64,000 nt of DNA from Bacillota bacterium (GCA_018816185.1 JAHIWI010000115.1:6454-70453), one strand, 5' to 3'; positions 19,886-29,580 are shown, numbered from the stretch's first letter. Numbers and translations are program-made. Notes: generated from the letters alone by a model not told the origin.

Positions 19886-20128
19886 TTAAGCAATTAGAGA
19901 TAGCTCTCAGGATGAGTCAAAGGAAGTAGATTTAAATACAAGCGTTCATTACAATGTTGATGATGGATTATATAAAGCATTCGAAAAAAATGAAATTAAA
20001 ATAAATTTATTATAGGTCAGCCAGATGAGATACCTGGGTGCATTAAGCGTAAGTATTTTAGATATATAAACTGTTTGAGCTAACAGCTCACACAGATTCA
20101 GGAGAAACTAATAATAGAAAGGGTGTAA

Positions 20129-20380
20129 ATGATGAGAAATATCGAAAAATATCGTAATGCATTTATTAATGCGCTGGACTTGGAGGATGGTGTTGTAGTT
20201 GAAGATTTAGCACTTGGTGAATCACCAGAGTGGGATTCAATTGGACATATGACACTCATTGCTGTTATTGAGGATGAATTTGATGTCTCAATAGATTCTG
20301 AATGGATCACAGAGTTCAATTCTTATCAGTCAGGAATGGAACTATTGAATCGATTGGGAGTAGACTTTATTAATGAATAG
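20129..20380 (+). CDS. acyl/aminoacyl carrier protein
   Basis: 83 aa, acidic, WDSIGHM phosphopantetheine-Ser motif, IEDEFDVSI; RBS GAAAGGGTG. Confidence 0.9.
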   Translation: MMRNIEKYRNAFINALDLEDGVVVEDLALGESPEWDSIGHMTLIAVIEDEFDVSIDSEWITEFNSYQSGMELLNRLGVDFINE

Positions 20381-21767
20381 TTTTAAAACACTTGACGAGT
20401 TTGGAAACCGAACCGCAGTATATGCTGAAAGAGAATATTCTTACTCTGAAATGGTAGAAATTGCTGACGCTATCCGTGGTAATGTAGGTGAAAGAACGCT
20501 CGTTTTTTGTTTATGTTCAAATAATAAGGAGTCTTTATTTGGCTATGTGGGTTTTATTAGAGGCAGTGTAGTTCCTGTACTTTTGGATGCATCCATGCAT
20601 ATTGATCGGTTGCGCAGACTGATTAATCTTTATAAGCCTACATACATTTGGGCGGGTACGGAAAATCAAGACTTATTAAAAGAAATGGATAGTTCATTTG
20701 TGTATGGTGATTACACATTATTTAGATGTCCGACAGGGTTCCAACATCATCTTGATGAACATCTTGCGCTTCTTTTAACAACCTCTGGGAGTACAGGAAG
20801 CGCAAAATTTGTACGCTTAAGCTATGATAATATTTTCAAAAATGCTGACTCTATAAGGAAGTACCTTGACATTAATTCAGACGATAAACCGATAACAACT
20901 CTTCCAATGAATTATTCCTATGGCCTTTCTATCATTAATAGTCATTTCATAAGCGGTTCGACGATAATTGTAACGGGTGCATCTATCATGAAAAAAGAGT
21001 TTTGGGACTTATGTAGAGAGCAACGAGCAACAACTTTTGGAGGAGTTCCTTTCGTGTATGAGATGCTTGATAGGCTTAATTTTGAAGAGTTTAATCTTCC
21101 GAGTTTAAAAAAACTAACTCAAGCTGGTGGGAAATTAAGCTCAGTTCTATCATACAAATTTGCTGAAGTTTGTAGTAAGAAAGGAATTCAATTTTTTACT
21201 ATGTACGGCCAAACTGAAGCAACGGCACGAATGACTTATTTACCTTATGAAAAAAACTTTGATAAAGTCGGAAGTATTGGTATTGCCATTCCGGGTGGAG
21301 AACTGTTTCTGCAAGATGACAATGGCAACAAAATTACAACGCCTAATGTTACTGGCGAATTGATATACAAAGGAGCAAATGTTTTTTTGGGGTACGCTGA
21401 GTCGTTATTCGATCTTTCAAAAAAAGATGAGAACAACGGTATTTTGCACACAGGTGATCTGGCTTATTTTGATCAGGACGGGTATTTTTTTATTTCTGGT
21501 CGAATCAAAAGAATGATTAAATTCTATGGAAACCGCATTAGCTTGGATGAAGTCGAAGGACTTTTAAACGAGTATGGTCATGATTGTATTTGCGCTGGGA
21601 CGGATGACCAAATGTATATTTACACATTAAAAGACGATGGTGTTCAAATTAAAAAAATAATAAAGGAAAAATTAAACTTAAAGGGTATTAAGATTATGAA
21701 AATCGAGGAATTTCCACGTAATCATTTCGGAAAAATCCTTTATTCTGATTTACCTAATTATGAATAA
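20373..21767 (+). CDS. AMP-forming acyl/aminoacyl ligase (ANL superfamily)
   Basis: TTSGSTGSAK P-loop, TQAGG, MYGQTEAT, LHTGDLA, GRIKR, PRNHFGK A10 lysine; overlaps the ACP stop. Confidence 0.9.
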   Translation: MNSFKTLDEFGNRTAVYAEREYSYSEMVEIADAIRGNVGERTLVFCLCSNNKESLFGYVGFIRGSVVPVLLDASMHIDRLRRLINLYKPTYIWAGTENQDLLKEMDSSFVYGDYTLFRCPTGFQHHLDEHLALLLTTSGSTGSAKFVRLSYDNIFKNADSIRKYLDINSDDKPITTLPMNYSYGLSIINSHFISGSTIIVTGASIMKKEFWDLCREQRATTFGGVPFVYEMLDRLNFEEFNLPSLKKLTQAGGKLSSVLSYKFAEVCSKKGIQFFTMYGQTEATARMTYLPYEKNFDKVGSIGIAIPGGELFLQDDNGNKITTPNVTGELIYKGANVFLGYAESLFDLSKKDENNGILHTGDLAYFDQDGYFFISGRIKRMIKFYGNRISLDEVEGLLNEYGHDCICAGTDDQMYIYTLKDDGVQIKKIIKEKLNLKGIKIMKIEEFPRNHFGKILYSDLPNYE

Positions 21768-21850
21768 TTCACTTTCGCCTGAACCTTTTACAATACCTCA
21801 AATTCGCAAATGAGTGTGACACTTTCTAGGTGAACTATTGAAAAAACGTA

Positions 21851-21940
21851 AACCCTACATTAGTACATTGTTAATTCGTACTATAGCGTTTTGTCGTCAC
21901 TTTAAGGGGACTGGCGGCTTGGACAACTGTAGGGTTATTT
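21851..21940 (+). ncRNA. putative structured intra-operon RNA element
   Basis: Closing stem AACCCTACA/TGTAGGGTT encloses hairpins TAGTAC/GTACTA and GTCGTCA/TGGCGGC; U-rich tail. Confidence 0.45.
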
Positions 21941-21990
21941 ATTATTCGATTTATAAAAAATCTTAAGTTTATTTTTAATCAGGTGATAGT

Positions 21991-23442
21991 ATGACTTTTA
22001 TATCAATTGAGTTTCTCCTGTTTTTCGCAATAATCGTATTTACTTATTATTTAATCCCACATCGATTGAGATGGATTCTTCTATTAGCAGCAAGTTACGT
22101 TTTTTACGCAATCTTGAGTATCCAATTTATACCGTTACTACTTACAAGCACAGCTTTTACTTATGTTACTGGAATTATTATTGAAAAACAGGAGACAAAA
22201 AAACAAAAGAAAAAAGTCATGCTAGTCGGTATTTTCGTGTTATTGTTTTTTCTCGGTTGGTTTAAATATTTTAATTTTGTCAATGACTCATTTCGAGCGA
22301 TTGCTAAATACATGGATTGGAACTATACCTTACCTTACCAAGAAATTGTTCTGCCATTAGCCATTTCATTTTATACACTTCAGGCAGTAAGTTATCTTGT
22401 GGATATTTACTATGGTAAGCAAAAGGCGGAAAGACATTACGGTTATTTTTCAATTTATTTTGCGTTTTTTCCACAATTGGTTGCTGGGCCGATTGAACGT
22501 GCGAAGAAACTGCTTCCGCAATTTAAAGTTGAACAGAAGTTAAATTATGAAAATTTACACTATGGGATGAAACGAATCGCATGGGGTTTTTTTAAGAAAA
22601 CATTAATTGCCGATCGACTAGCTCCAATTGTTTCTAGTGTATTCGATAATCCTAACCCGACTGGTTCACAAATTGTACTAGCTACTATTTTATTCTCGAT
22701 TCAATTGTTCGCAGATTTTTCAGCACTCAGTGACATCGCTATCGGTTGTGCAAAAATGCTCGGAATAAATTTGAGTGAAAATTTTAAGCAACCCCACTAT
22801 GCAGTATCGATAGCAGATTTTTGGAGTAGATGGCATATCACGTTTTCTACATGGCTCAGGGACTATATCTTTATCCCTCTATGTAAAGGAAAAAAGAAGA
22901 GAAGTGAAATTTATTTAGCAATTGTAATGACTTTTTTAGTAAGTGGCATTTGGCACGGAGCCGCTTGGACTTTTGTTATATGGGGTTTCATTCATGGATT
23001 TTATCGCGTGTTTGGAGATTATACGAAACAGTTTCGTGGAAAAATGGCTTCATTTATACAACTGGATCAAAGTCCAGTGCTCCATAAATGGATCAAAATC
23101 GCCATAACCTTCCTTCTAGTTTGCTTTTCTAGAGTTTTTTTTCGATCGGATTCTGTTACACAAGCATTTGAAAATGCACAGCTTTTCTTAACAATTCACT
23201 CATGGAGGCCATCGGGAATTGTACAAGCATTTGAAATATTTTCGCTCCTTGATTTAGTGATATTCCTATTCTTCTTTATTATTGTACAAATATTTCATTA
23301 TATCGAAAGAAATAATGTTTCAACATGGAAATGGCTCTCGGGGAACTCGATAACCGCTAGATTCGCATTTTATATTTTTATTATTGTTTCAGTCCTTATA
23401 TTCGGTGTTTCGGGTCAAGGATTTATTTATGGGGGATTTTAA
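21991..23442 (+). CDS. MBOAT O-acyltransferase (AlgI/PatA/DltB family) with C-terminal Tyr shuttle motif
   Basis: LPLAISFYT, FFPQLVAGPIER, DFWSRWHITFSTWLRDYIF, SGIWHGA catalytic His; ends FIYGGF. Confidence 0.93.
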   Translation: MTFISIEFLLFFAIIVFTYYLIPHRLRWILLLAASYVFYAILSIQFIPLLLTSTAFTYVTGIIIEKQETKKQKKKVMLVGIFVLLFFLGWFKYFNFVNDSFRAIAKYMDWNYTLPYQEIVLPLAISFYTLQAVSYLVDIYYGKQKAERHYGYFSIYFAFFPQLVAGPIERAKKLLPQFKVEQKLNYENLHYGMKRIAWGFFKKTLIADRLAPIVSSVFDNPNPTGSQIVLATILFSIQLFADFSALSDIAIGCAKMLGINLSENFKQPHYAVSIADFWSRWHITFSTWLRDYIFIPLCKGKKKRSEIYLAIVMTFLVSGIWHGAAWTFVIWGFIHGFYRVFGDYTKQFRGKMASFIQLDQSPVLHKWIKIAITFLLVCFSRVFFRSDSVTQAFENAQLFLTIHSWRPSGIVQAFEIFSLLDLVIFLFFFIIVQIFHYIERNNVSTWKWLSGNSITARFAFYIFIIVSVLIFGVSGQGFIYGGF

Positions 23443-23537
23443 TCTAAATACTAATTACACGGGAAATTTGGATGCGTTTTATTAGTGAGCCATTCAGTAA
23501 CCTTTGTGAAATAAGCACTAAATTGAAAGGATTTGTT

Positions 23538-24443
23538 ATGGGACGTTTATTCATTAAGTTAACAATTATCATTACTGTTGTTTCACTTCTGTTTATACCG
23601 GTAAATAACTTTGTAAAACAATCTCATGATTACAATATTAACCATGCAATGCTGGCGTTTAAGAAACATCCATATCCAGTTGATATCATCAATTTAGGTA
23701 CATCTCATTCAATGTATGCTTATTATTTTAAGCCTACTGGTTTGTCCCATCTGGACTTAGCACTACCTGCTCAGACGATTCAGTATGACTATAAATTGTT
23801 GAGAGAGTATGGCGAGTATCTTAAACCTGATGGTGTAGTCATCATCTCCATCTCTCAAATTACTTTCGCAAATTCTGAGACCAATTATGTAGGAAATTAT
23901 TATAAGGTTTTAGACCGCACCGAGATTGAACCGTTTGATTTAATTGATTATTACAGTTACCTGTACTTACCTGCCTTAGATAGTGGTCGTTTTAATTCTG
24001 CGCTCGCGGGTAAATTTAAAAACTTTAAATGGAATTCTCATCAATCTTGGAAAAATAACGGTAAAAACTATTCAGAAAGAAAGTATGAGAAAGTAGAAGC
24101 ACAATATAGAGAAGCGATTGAAAATAAAACCATTGAACAAAATGTGGAGCAGTTAAGAGAGATGGTAGATTATTGTAGCGAGAAAGGGTACCGAGTAGTA
24201 TTAACCATGGAGCCAGTACAACAGTCTTATCAAGAATATTTCAATGAAGAAGTAATGAATAAACTTGTTTTTCAGTACTTAAAACCCCTTGAATTAGATA
24301 TCCCTTTTTTAAATTATATGAGTGATCACAGATTCGTAAACAACAGAGAATACTTTATCGACCCAGATCATTTAAATAGCGAAGGAAGAAAAAAATATTC
24401 TTGGATTGTGTACAAGGACCTTAAGAAATTGGGCTATTTATGA
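23538..24443 (+). CDS. membrane-anchored SGNH-fold acyltransferase (DltD/AlgJ/PatB-like)
   Basis: N-terminal TM, block I LGTSHS, block V DPDHLN; RBS GAAAGGA before ATG 23538. Confidence 0.8.
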   Translation: MGRLFIKLTIIITVVSLLFIPVNNFVKQSHDYNINHAMLAFKKHPYPVDIINLGTSHSMYAYYFKPTGLSHLDLALPAQTIQYDYKLLREYGEYLKPDGVVIISISQITFANSETNYVGNYYKVLDRTEIEPFDLIDYYSYLYLPALDSGRFNSALAGKFKNFKWNSHQSWKNNGKNYSERKYEKVEAQYREAIENKTIEQNVEQLREMVDYCSEKGYRVVLTMEPVQQSYQEYFNEEVMNKLVFQYLKPLELDIPFLNYMSDHRFVNNREYFIDPDHLNSEGRKKYSWIVYKDLKKLGYL

Positions 24444-24536
24444 GCGACTTATATGCCTTTTATTGATATAAACTTATTTATACGTGGAAGATTTAATTTC
24501 TATTGATGCCCATATATACAAGGGGTAACAAAGTTT

Positions 24537-24583
24537 ATCTCCTGGAACACAATATAATTCTTGTTTTCCAGGAGATTTTTTTA
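24537..24583 (+). terminator. terminator closing the ACP-MBOAT operon
   Basis: ATCTCCTGGAA...TTCCAGGAGAT followed by a T run. Confidence 0.75.
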
Positions 24584-24728
24584 TTTCTACTACGACTAAA
24601 AATGTGATTATAATTAGGTGAAATCCAACACACAAAGACTTTATCTACTATCCATGAACTTAATTACATAACAAAAAAACCAACCAGCAAGAGAGAAGAC
24701 TCTCTTCCTGATTGGTTTCATATATCGT

Positions 24729-25337
24729 TTATTTACTTTGATACCATGCACTAGCTTTTTCTACTTCACTAAACGTTAGTTGATGGCCATTAGCCTCCCA
24801 CTCCAATGTCACTACAGCACCAGCTTGTTCCAACAAGGCTTTCAAGTCTTCAGATTCTTGTGCCGGACAAATCGGGTCATTAGAACCCGCTCCAATGAAC
24901 ACGTGTTTCCCAGCTAAATTCGGCAAGTCAATTCCTCTTCTTGGAACCATTGGGTGATGAAGCACTGCGCCTTTTAATGAATCTTCGTAATGGAATAATA
25001 AACTTGCAGCAATATTTGCCCCATTCGAATAGCCCACTGCGTAAATATTGTACCGGTCAAAACCATATTCGGTTGCTGCTTGATCTAGAAAGTCATTTAA
25101 TTCTTTTGTACGGAAAACTAAGTCCTCTTCATCAAATACACCTTCAGCTAAACGCTTGAAAAAGCGAGGCATTCCGTTTTCTAACACATTTCCTCTTACA
25201 CTAAGTACATTCGCTTCCGGATCTACTTTTGATGCTAATGGAAGCAAGTCATGCTCTGTTCCACCTGTTCCGTGTAACAAAAGCAATGTAGGTCTAGTAG
25301 GGTCATTCCCTTGTTGAAAAAGATGTCTCATTGTCAT
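24729..25337 (-). CDS. mhqD: alpha/beta hydrolase (carboxylesterase), MhqD/YodD-like
   Basis: LLHGTGG, GYSNGANIA nucleophile elbow, NDPIC, GHQL; downstream of the dioxygenase. Confidence 0.8.
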   Translation of the reverse strand: MTMRHLFQQGNDPTRPTLLLLHGTGGTEHDLLPLASKVDPEANVLSVRGNVLENGMPRFFKRLAEGVFDEEDLVFRTKELNDFLDQAATEYGFDRYNIYAVGYSNGANIAASLLFHYEDSLKGAVLHHPMVPRRGIDLPNLAGKHVFIGAGSNDPICPAQESEDLKALLEQAGAVVTLEWEANGHQLTFSEVEKASAWYQSK

Positions 25338-25344
25338 TTTCTTC

Positions 25345-26289
25345 TCACCCTTCATTATCTAAATTGCGAACTTCAATTGGAGGTAAGACATTCATTAATG
25401 CATCTCGATGTTGTTCATACTGGGCTGGTAATTTCAACTCGGTACCCATTGTTTCACCGGATTCATCATGAGCAAACCCTGGAGGATCCGTTGCAATTTC
25501 GAATAAAATCTCGCCACGTTCTTTAAAGTAAATCGCATTAAAGTAGTTGCGATCTTGGACAGGTGTTACTCCGTATCCTGCATTTCCAACATGTTCACGC
25601 CACTCTAACTGATCAGCGTCATCTTCAGCGCGCCATGCAATATGGTGAACCGTTCCCACTCCCATTTGTCCTCGTCCACTAGGAGAAGATTTCACATCGA
25701 TTATATTGCCGATTTCCCCATACGATTTGAATCGCATCAAGCCATTTTCTTCCGCAATTTTTTCAAGACCCATCACATCTACTAATAATTTAGCTGTTTG
25801 GTCTGGTTGAGCTGAAAACAACGTTGCTCCACCAAATCCTTTAATGGCTACATTTGATGTCACTTCACCGAAAGCCCATGAACTTTGGTCTCCACTTGCT
25901 CGCTCAACTAATTCTAGTTGTAAGCCGTGCGTATCTTTAAACGTCAAATATCTTTCACCGAAACGTTCTGATTTCGAAAACTCAATATTAAATTTCGTTA
26001 GTCGGTTCTCCCAAAATGGAAAAGCACCTGTAGGCACAACATATGAAGTCACTCCTACTTGCCCATCTCCGATTACACCAGGATAAGCATCTGCCCATGG
26101 GAAAAACGTGATAATCGTTCCTGGTTTTCCTCCGTCATTACCAAAGTACAAATGATACGTACCTGGATCATCGAAGTTCACTGTTTTTTTAACCATCCGT
26201 AAACCCAAAATTCCTGCATAAAAATCTACATTTTGTTGTGGATGTCCAACAATCGCTGTTATATGGTGAATCCCTGCTGTTCGTTTCAT
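25345..26289 (-). CDS. mhqO: ring-cleaving dioxygenase, MhqO-like
   Basis: GIHHITAIVGHPQ, KKTVNFDDPGTYHLYFG, GTVHHIAWR, DRNYFNAIYF, FEIATDPPGF. Confidence 0.88.
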   Translation of the reverse strand: MKRTAGIHHITAIVGHPQQNVDFYAGILGLRMVKKTVNFDDPGTYHLYFGNDGGKPGTIITFFPWADAYPGVIGDGQVGVTSYVVPTGAFPFWENRLTKFNIEFSKSERFGERYLTFKDTHGLQLELVERASGDQSSWAFGEVTSNVAIKGFGGATLFSAQPDQTAKLLVDVMGLEKIAEENGLMRFKSYGEIGNIIDVKSSPSGRGQMGVGTVHHIAWRAEDDADQLEWREHVGNAGYGVTPVQDRNYFNAIYFKERGEILFEIATDPPGFAHDESGETMGTELKLPAQYEQHRDALMNVLPPIEVRNLDNEG

Positions 26290-26732
26290 TTTGTTGTCAC
26301 TCCTTTTTGTGTGGGCACTTTTTTCCCTACTCTTTTTAATAAATCGATCAATACATCGTGTTCTTGTTCTGTGAGTTCAGAAAAAATATCTTCAATGACG
26401 AGTTGATGTTGCGGGAAAATTAAATCCATTACTCGTTGCCCTTCGTCAGTTAACTCAATATAAACAACACGACGATCTTCTTTGCAATCACTACGCGTCA
26501 GCCAGCCCTTATCTTCTAATTTATCGATGACGTACGTAATCGAACCCGTTTTAATCAAGACAGCTTCGGCTATTTGACGAATGGTTTGTCTCCCTTTATG
26601 ATAGAGCGTTTCCATAATGACAAAATCAGATGTGCGCATGTCATAGGAGGTAATGTCTGTTGTAATCAATTCTTGAACTGATTTTGATGCTTTCATTAAA
26701 ACAATAAATGATTTCAATGACTTGTTTTCCAT
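26286..26732 (-). CDS. mhqR: MarR-family quinone-sensing repressor, MhqR-like
   Basis: LYHKG...GSITYVIDKLE...EDRRV wHTH; adjacent operator and mhq genes. Confidence 0.8.
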   Translation of the reverse strand: MENKSLKSFIVLMKASKSVQELITTDITSYDMRTSDFVIMETLYHKGRQTIRQIAEAVLIKTGSITYVIDKLEDKGWLTRSDCKEDRRVVYIELTDEGQRVMDLIFPQHQLVIEDIFSELTEQEHDVLIDLLKRVGKKVPTQKGVTTK

Positions 26733-26749
26733 TGTATTAACCTCCTTTT

Positions 26750-26782
26750 TATTTTTAATTAAGATATCTTTAATTAAAGATA
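26750..26782. promoter_or_regulatory. MhqR operator
   Basis: Perfect palindrome TATCTTTAATTAAAGATA (26765-26782) plus an adjacent degenerate copy; resembles TATCTCgaATTcGAGATA. Confidence 0.75.
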
Positions 26783-26955
26783 ATATTACTTCCTTCCAAT
26801 GTATTTGTCAAAGGAAGCGATTAGCTTGTAAGTTTTATTCCCTACCCGTCCAATTTTTTACTACCATTTAAAATAAAAGAATAGAAAAAGGCAGTGAGTT
26901 TTTATTCTCACTGCCTTTTTATTATTCCCATTTGATTGAACCAAGACATCTCAAC

Positions 26956-27564
26956 TTAATTCGAAATATGAAGACCCATCGTTTTCGCGGGTCCATTAAT
27001 AACTAGATTCAATAAGGATTTAGCCATTTCCTCGGGAGAGTATGGTTGGTTCTGTTCAATCCACCAAAAGATTGTACCTGTTACTCCTGACACAATGAAC
27101 GGTAGGAATAATTCTTTTGGCATTGTTCGATTCGATTCATTTTTGCCAAAAAATACATCAAATTGTGATGTAAAAATATCTGATACCATATTCACAAATC
27201 GATCTTTAATGTTATTCGTGGTTTGGTTTGCTAATAAAACCTTAAAAAAATAAAGATCACGCTCTACAATTTGAAAGGCTGTACAAATCACAAATAAAAA
27301 TCGCTCTGGATATAAGGTTCCATCTCTTACATGCCTAGCCTCGTAAATATGATTTCGAAAGGCAGACAGTTTTTCTTCGACTAAACGGTCAAGTAAATCA
27401 TATTTGTCCGTGTAGTGCGAGTAGAATGTAGCACGGTTAATCATCGCTTCTTCTGCAATATTTTGAATCGTAATATCTTGAAATTGCTTGGTTTCTAATA
27501 ATTTTAAAAGTGCTACTTCAATTGCTAATTTTGTTTTCTTAATACGTAAATCTACTTTTTTCAT
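26956..27564 (-). CDS. TetR/AcrR-family regulator
   Basis: DLRIKKTK...ITIQNIAEEAMINRATFYSHYTDKYDLL. Confidence 0.92.
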   Translation of the reverse strand: MKKVDLRIKKTKLAIEVALLKLLETKQFQDITIQNIAEEAMINRATFYSHYTDKYDLLDRLVEEKLSAFRNHIYEARHVRDGTLYPERFLFVICTAFQIVERDLYFFKVLLANQTTNNIKDRFVNMVSDIFTSQFDVFFGKNESNRTMPKELFLPFIVSGVTGTIFWWIEQNQPYSPEEMAKSLLNLVINGPAKTMGLHISN

Positions 27565-27724
27565 AAATTTCCACCCCGTTTATCTACAAATTGCAATGAA
27601 GTGTTGTTTAAACAACGATAAGTACTTTTTTGCAAATTGATTCCTTCGTATGAAACATAGATACTTAAAGTTAACCACAGAAAGAATATTATGCAACAAT
27701 GCGTTGCTTAAAGGAGGAGTCACT

Positions 27725-28429
27725 ATGATTGTCTCTGTTCAAAATTATCACCAGTCTTTTGGCAAAAGATCTATTTTAACCAATCTTAATTTTCAAATAC
27801 AAAAAGGAGAAATCGTTGGGTTAATTGGACCAAGCGGATCTGGAAAAACGACGTTAATCAAGACACTAATTGGACTTCAGCGACCTACTCAAGGAGAAGT
27901 ACATGTACTAGGCCATCAACAGCCTACATTAAAAGTTTCAAAAGAAATTGGCTATATGGCTCAATCGGATGCACTGTATGAAGATTTATCAGCTCGAGGA
28001 AACCTTGCCTATTTCGGAAAATTGTATGGATTACGTAAAGATATTTTAAAGAATCGAGTAAACTTCGTATTGGCTTTTGTCGACTTACTTAAAGATGCAG
28101 ATCGTCCAGTCCGTTATTTCTCAGGGGGGATGAAACGTAGGCTGAGCCTCGCTATATCATTAGTCCATCAACCACCGTTTCTCTTGCTGGATGAACCCAC
28201 TGTGGGTATTGATCCTACTCTTAAACAGTTGTTTTGGAAAGAATTCGAGTCACTCCGTGAGAACGGTGTAACGTTACTAATTACCACCCACATTATGGAT
28301 GAGGCTGAGCGCTGTGATCGCCTGTTATTAATTCAAAATGGCCAATTAGTTGTTAGTGGAACTCCCGATATGTTAAAACAAAAATTCGGATCAATTGAAA
28401 ATGCATTTCTAAAAAAGGAGGAAGTATAA
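27725..28429 (+). CDS. ABC exporter ATP-binding protein
   Basis: GPSGSGKT, FSGGMKRR, LLDEPT; RBS AAGGAGG before ATG 27725. Confidence 0.93.
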   Translation: MIVSVQNYHQSFGKRSILTNLNFQIQKGEIVGLIGPSGSGKTTLIKTLIGLQRPTQGEVHVLGHQQPTLKVSKEIGYMAQSDALYEDLSARGNLAYFGKLYGLRKDILKNRVNFVLAFVDLLKDADRPVRYFSGGMKRRLSLAISLVHQPPFLLLDEPTVGIDPTLKQLFWKEFESLRENGVTLLITTHIMDEAERCDRLLLIQNGQLVVSGTPDMLKQKFGSIENAFLKKEEV

Positions 28430-29559
28430 TGCAGTCTATTATCGTTGCGCAGCGAGTAATTGCTCAAGTCGTCAAAGATAAAAGAACCATTGGCATGATG
28501 CTAGTTGCCCCTCTTTTTGTTTTGTTTTTAATGTACACGATTTTTGGCGCTAGCTCTGATGACGTCACGATTGGCATTGTTAACCTACCTGAAGAAGTGA
28601 CCCAATTACTAAAGGAAGAAGCAACCGTCATCACTTTTCCAACAAATAATGATGCAAAGAAAGCGATGATTGAACAGAAAATTGATGCTTCGATTTCTTT
28701 TGAAAATGAAACTGCTCATATTCTTGTAGAGGGTGGTAATGTATCCAAAAACGCTTCTGCCATTCAAAAAATACAACGTACTTTAACGGTGCTCACACTG
28801 GAAAAAAGTCATGTTCAAATACAATCTCTCAATGAATTAGTTGTTCAACTACAAGAACAACTTCGTCTTATTACTGGTCAAACACCTGAGAAAGTTGCTA
28901 TCCCTAAAACACTCTCTCAAAAATCGAGCATTTCTTTTTTATATGGCGATTCGGAACTTGATTTATTTGATCAATTAGCACCTGCGTTAATGGGATTTTT
29001 TATATTCTTCTTTGTTTTTCTGATTTCGGGGGTCAGTTTCTTAAAAGAACGTTCTTCTGGAACACTTGAACGAACTCTAGCTACTCCACTAAAAAGATCT
29101 TCAATCGTTCTTGGCTATTTTATAGGCTTTTTCTTATTCGTTATCATTCAAACCATTCTAATCCAATTGTTCATCGTGAATATCTTAGGAGTCACTCAAA
29201 ATGGCAACTACGGTATTCTGCTACTTGTCAATCTCTTAACTGCAAGTGTCGCGCTCGCGCTCGGATTGTTGCTTTCGAGTTTCTCCCGATCCGAATTTCA
29301 GCTTATTCAATTCATTCCATTAGTCATCATTCCTCAAATATTCTTCAGCGGGATGTTTGATTTATCCGATGCACCTACTTGGGTAGAGTTTATCAATAGA
29401 ATTGTGCCTTTAACATATGCAGCAGAAGCTCTTCAGAATGTCATGACACGCGGTCATACGTTTATCGATATTTGGCCAAACCTATTGGTACTGATCGGGT
29501 TCGTCATTGGGTTTTTCTTATTAAATATGAAAGTTCTGAAAAAGCAACGACCGGTTTAA
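28429..29559 (+). CDS. ABC-2 type exporter permease
   Basis: KDKRT N-terminus, KERSSGTLERTLATP, PQIFFSG, PLTYA. Confidence 0.9.
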   Translation: MQSIIVAQRVIAQVVKDKRTIGMMLVAPLFVLFLMYTIFGASSDDVTIGIVNLPEEVTQLLKEEATVITFPTNNDAKKAMIEQKIDASISFENETAHILVEGGNVSKNASAIQKIQRTLTVLTLEKSHVQIQSLNELVVQLQEQLRLITGQTPEKVAIPKTLSQKSSISFLYGDSELDLFDQLAPALMGFFIFFFVFLISGVSFLKERSSGTLERTLATPLKRSSIVLGYFIGFFLFVIIQTILIQLFIVNILGVTQNGNYGILLLVNLLTASVALALGLLLSSFSRSEFQLIQFIPLVIIPQIFFSGMFDLSDAPTWVEFINRIVPLTYAAEALQNVMTRGHTFIDIWPNLLVLIGFVIGFFLLNMKVLKKQRPV

Positions 29560-29580
29560 TCATTTTACTTTCTATCCATT

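Noticed and set aside
20129-24443. Canonical dltABCD or a siderophore/NRPS cluster
   Set aside because: Gene order and ligase motifs differ from DltA and the MBOAT is AlgI-type; no condensation or NIS synthetase domains despite the Fur box
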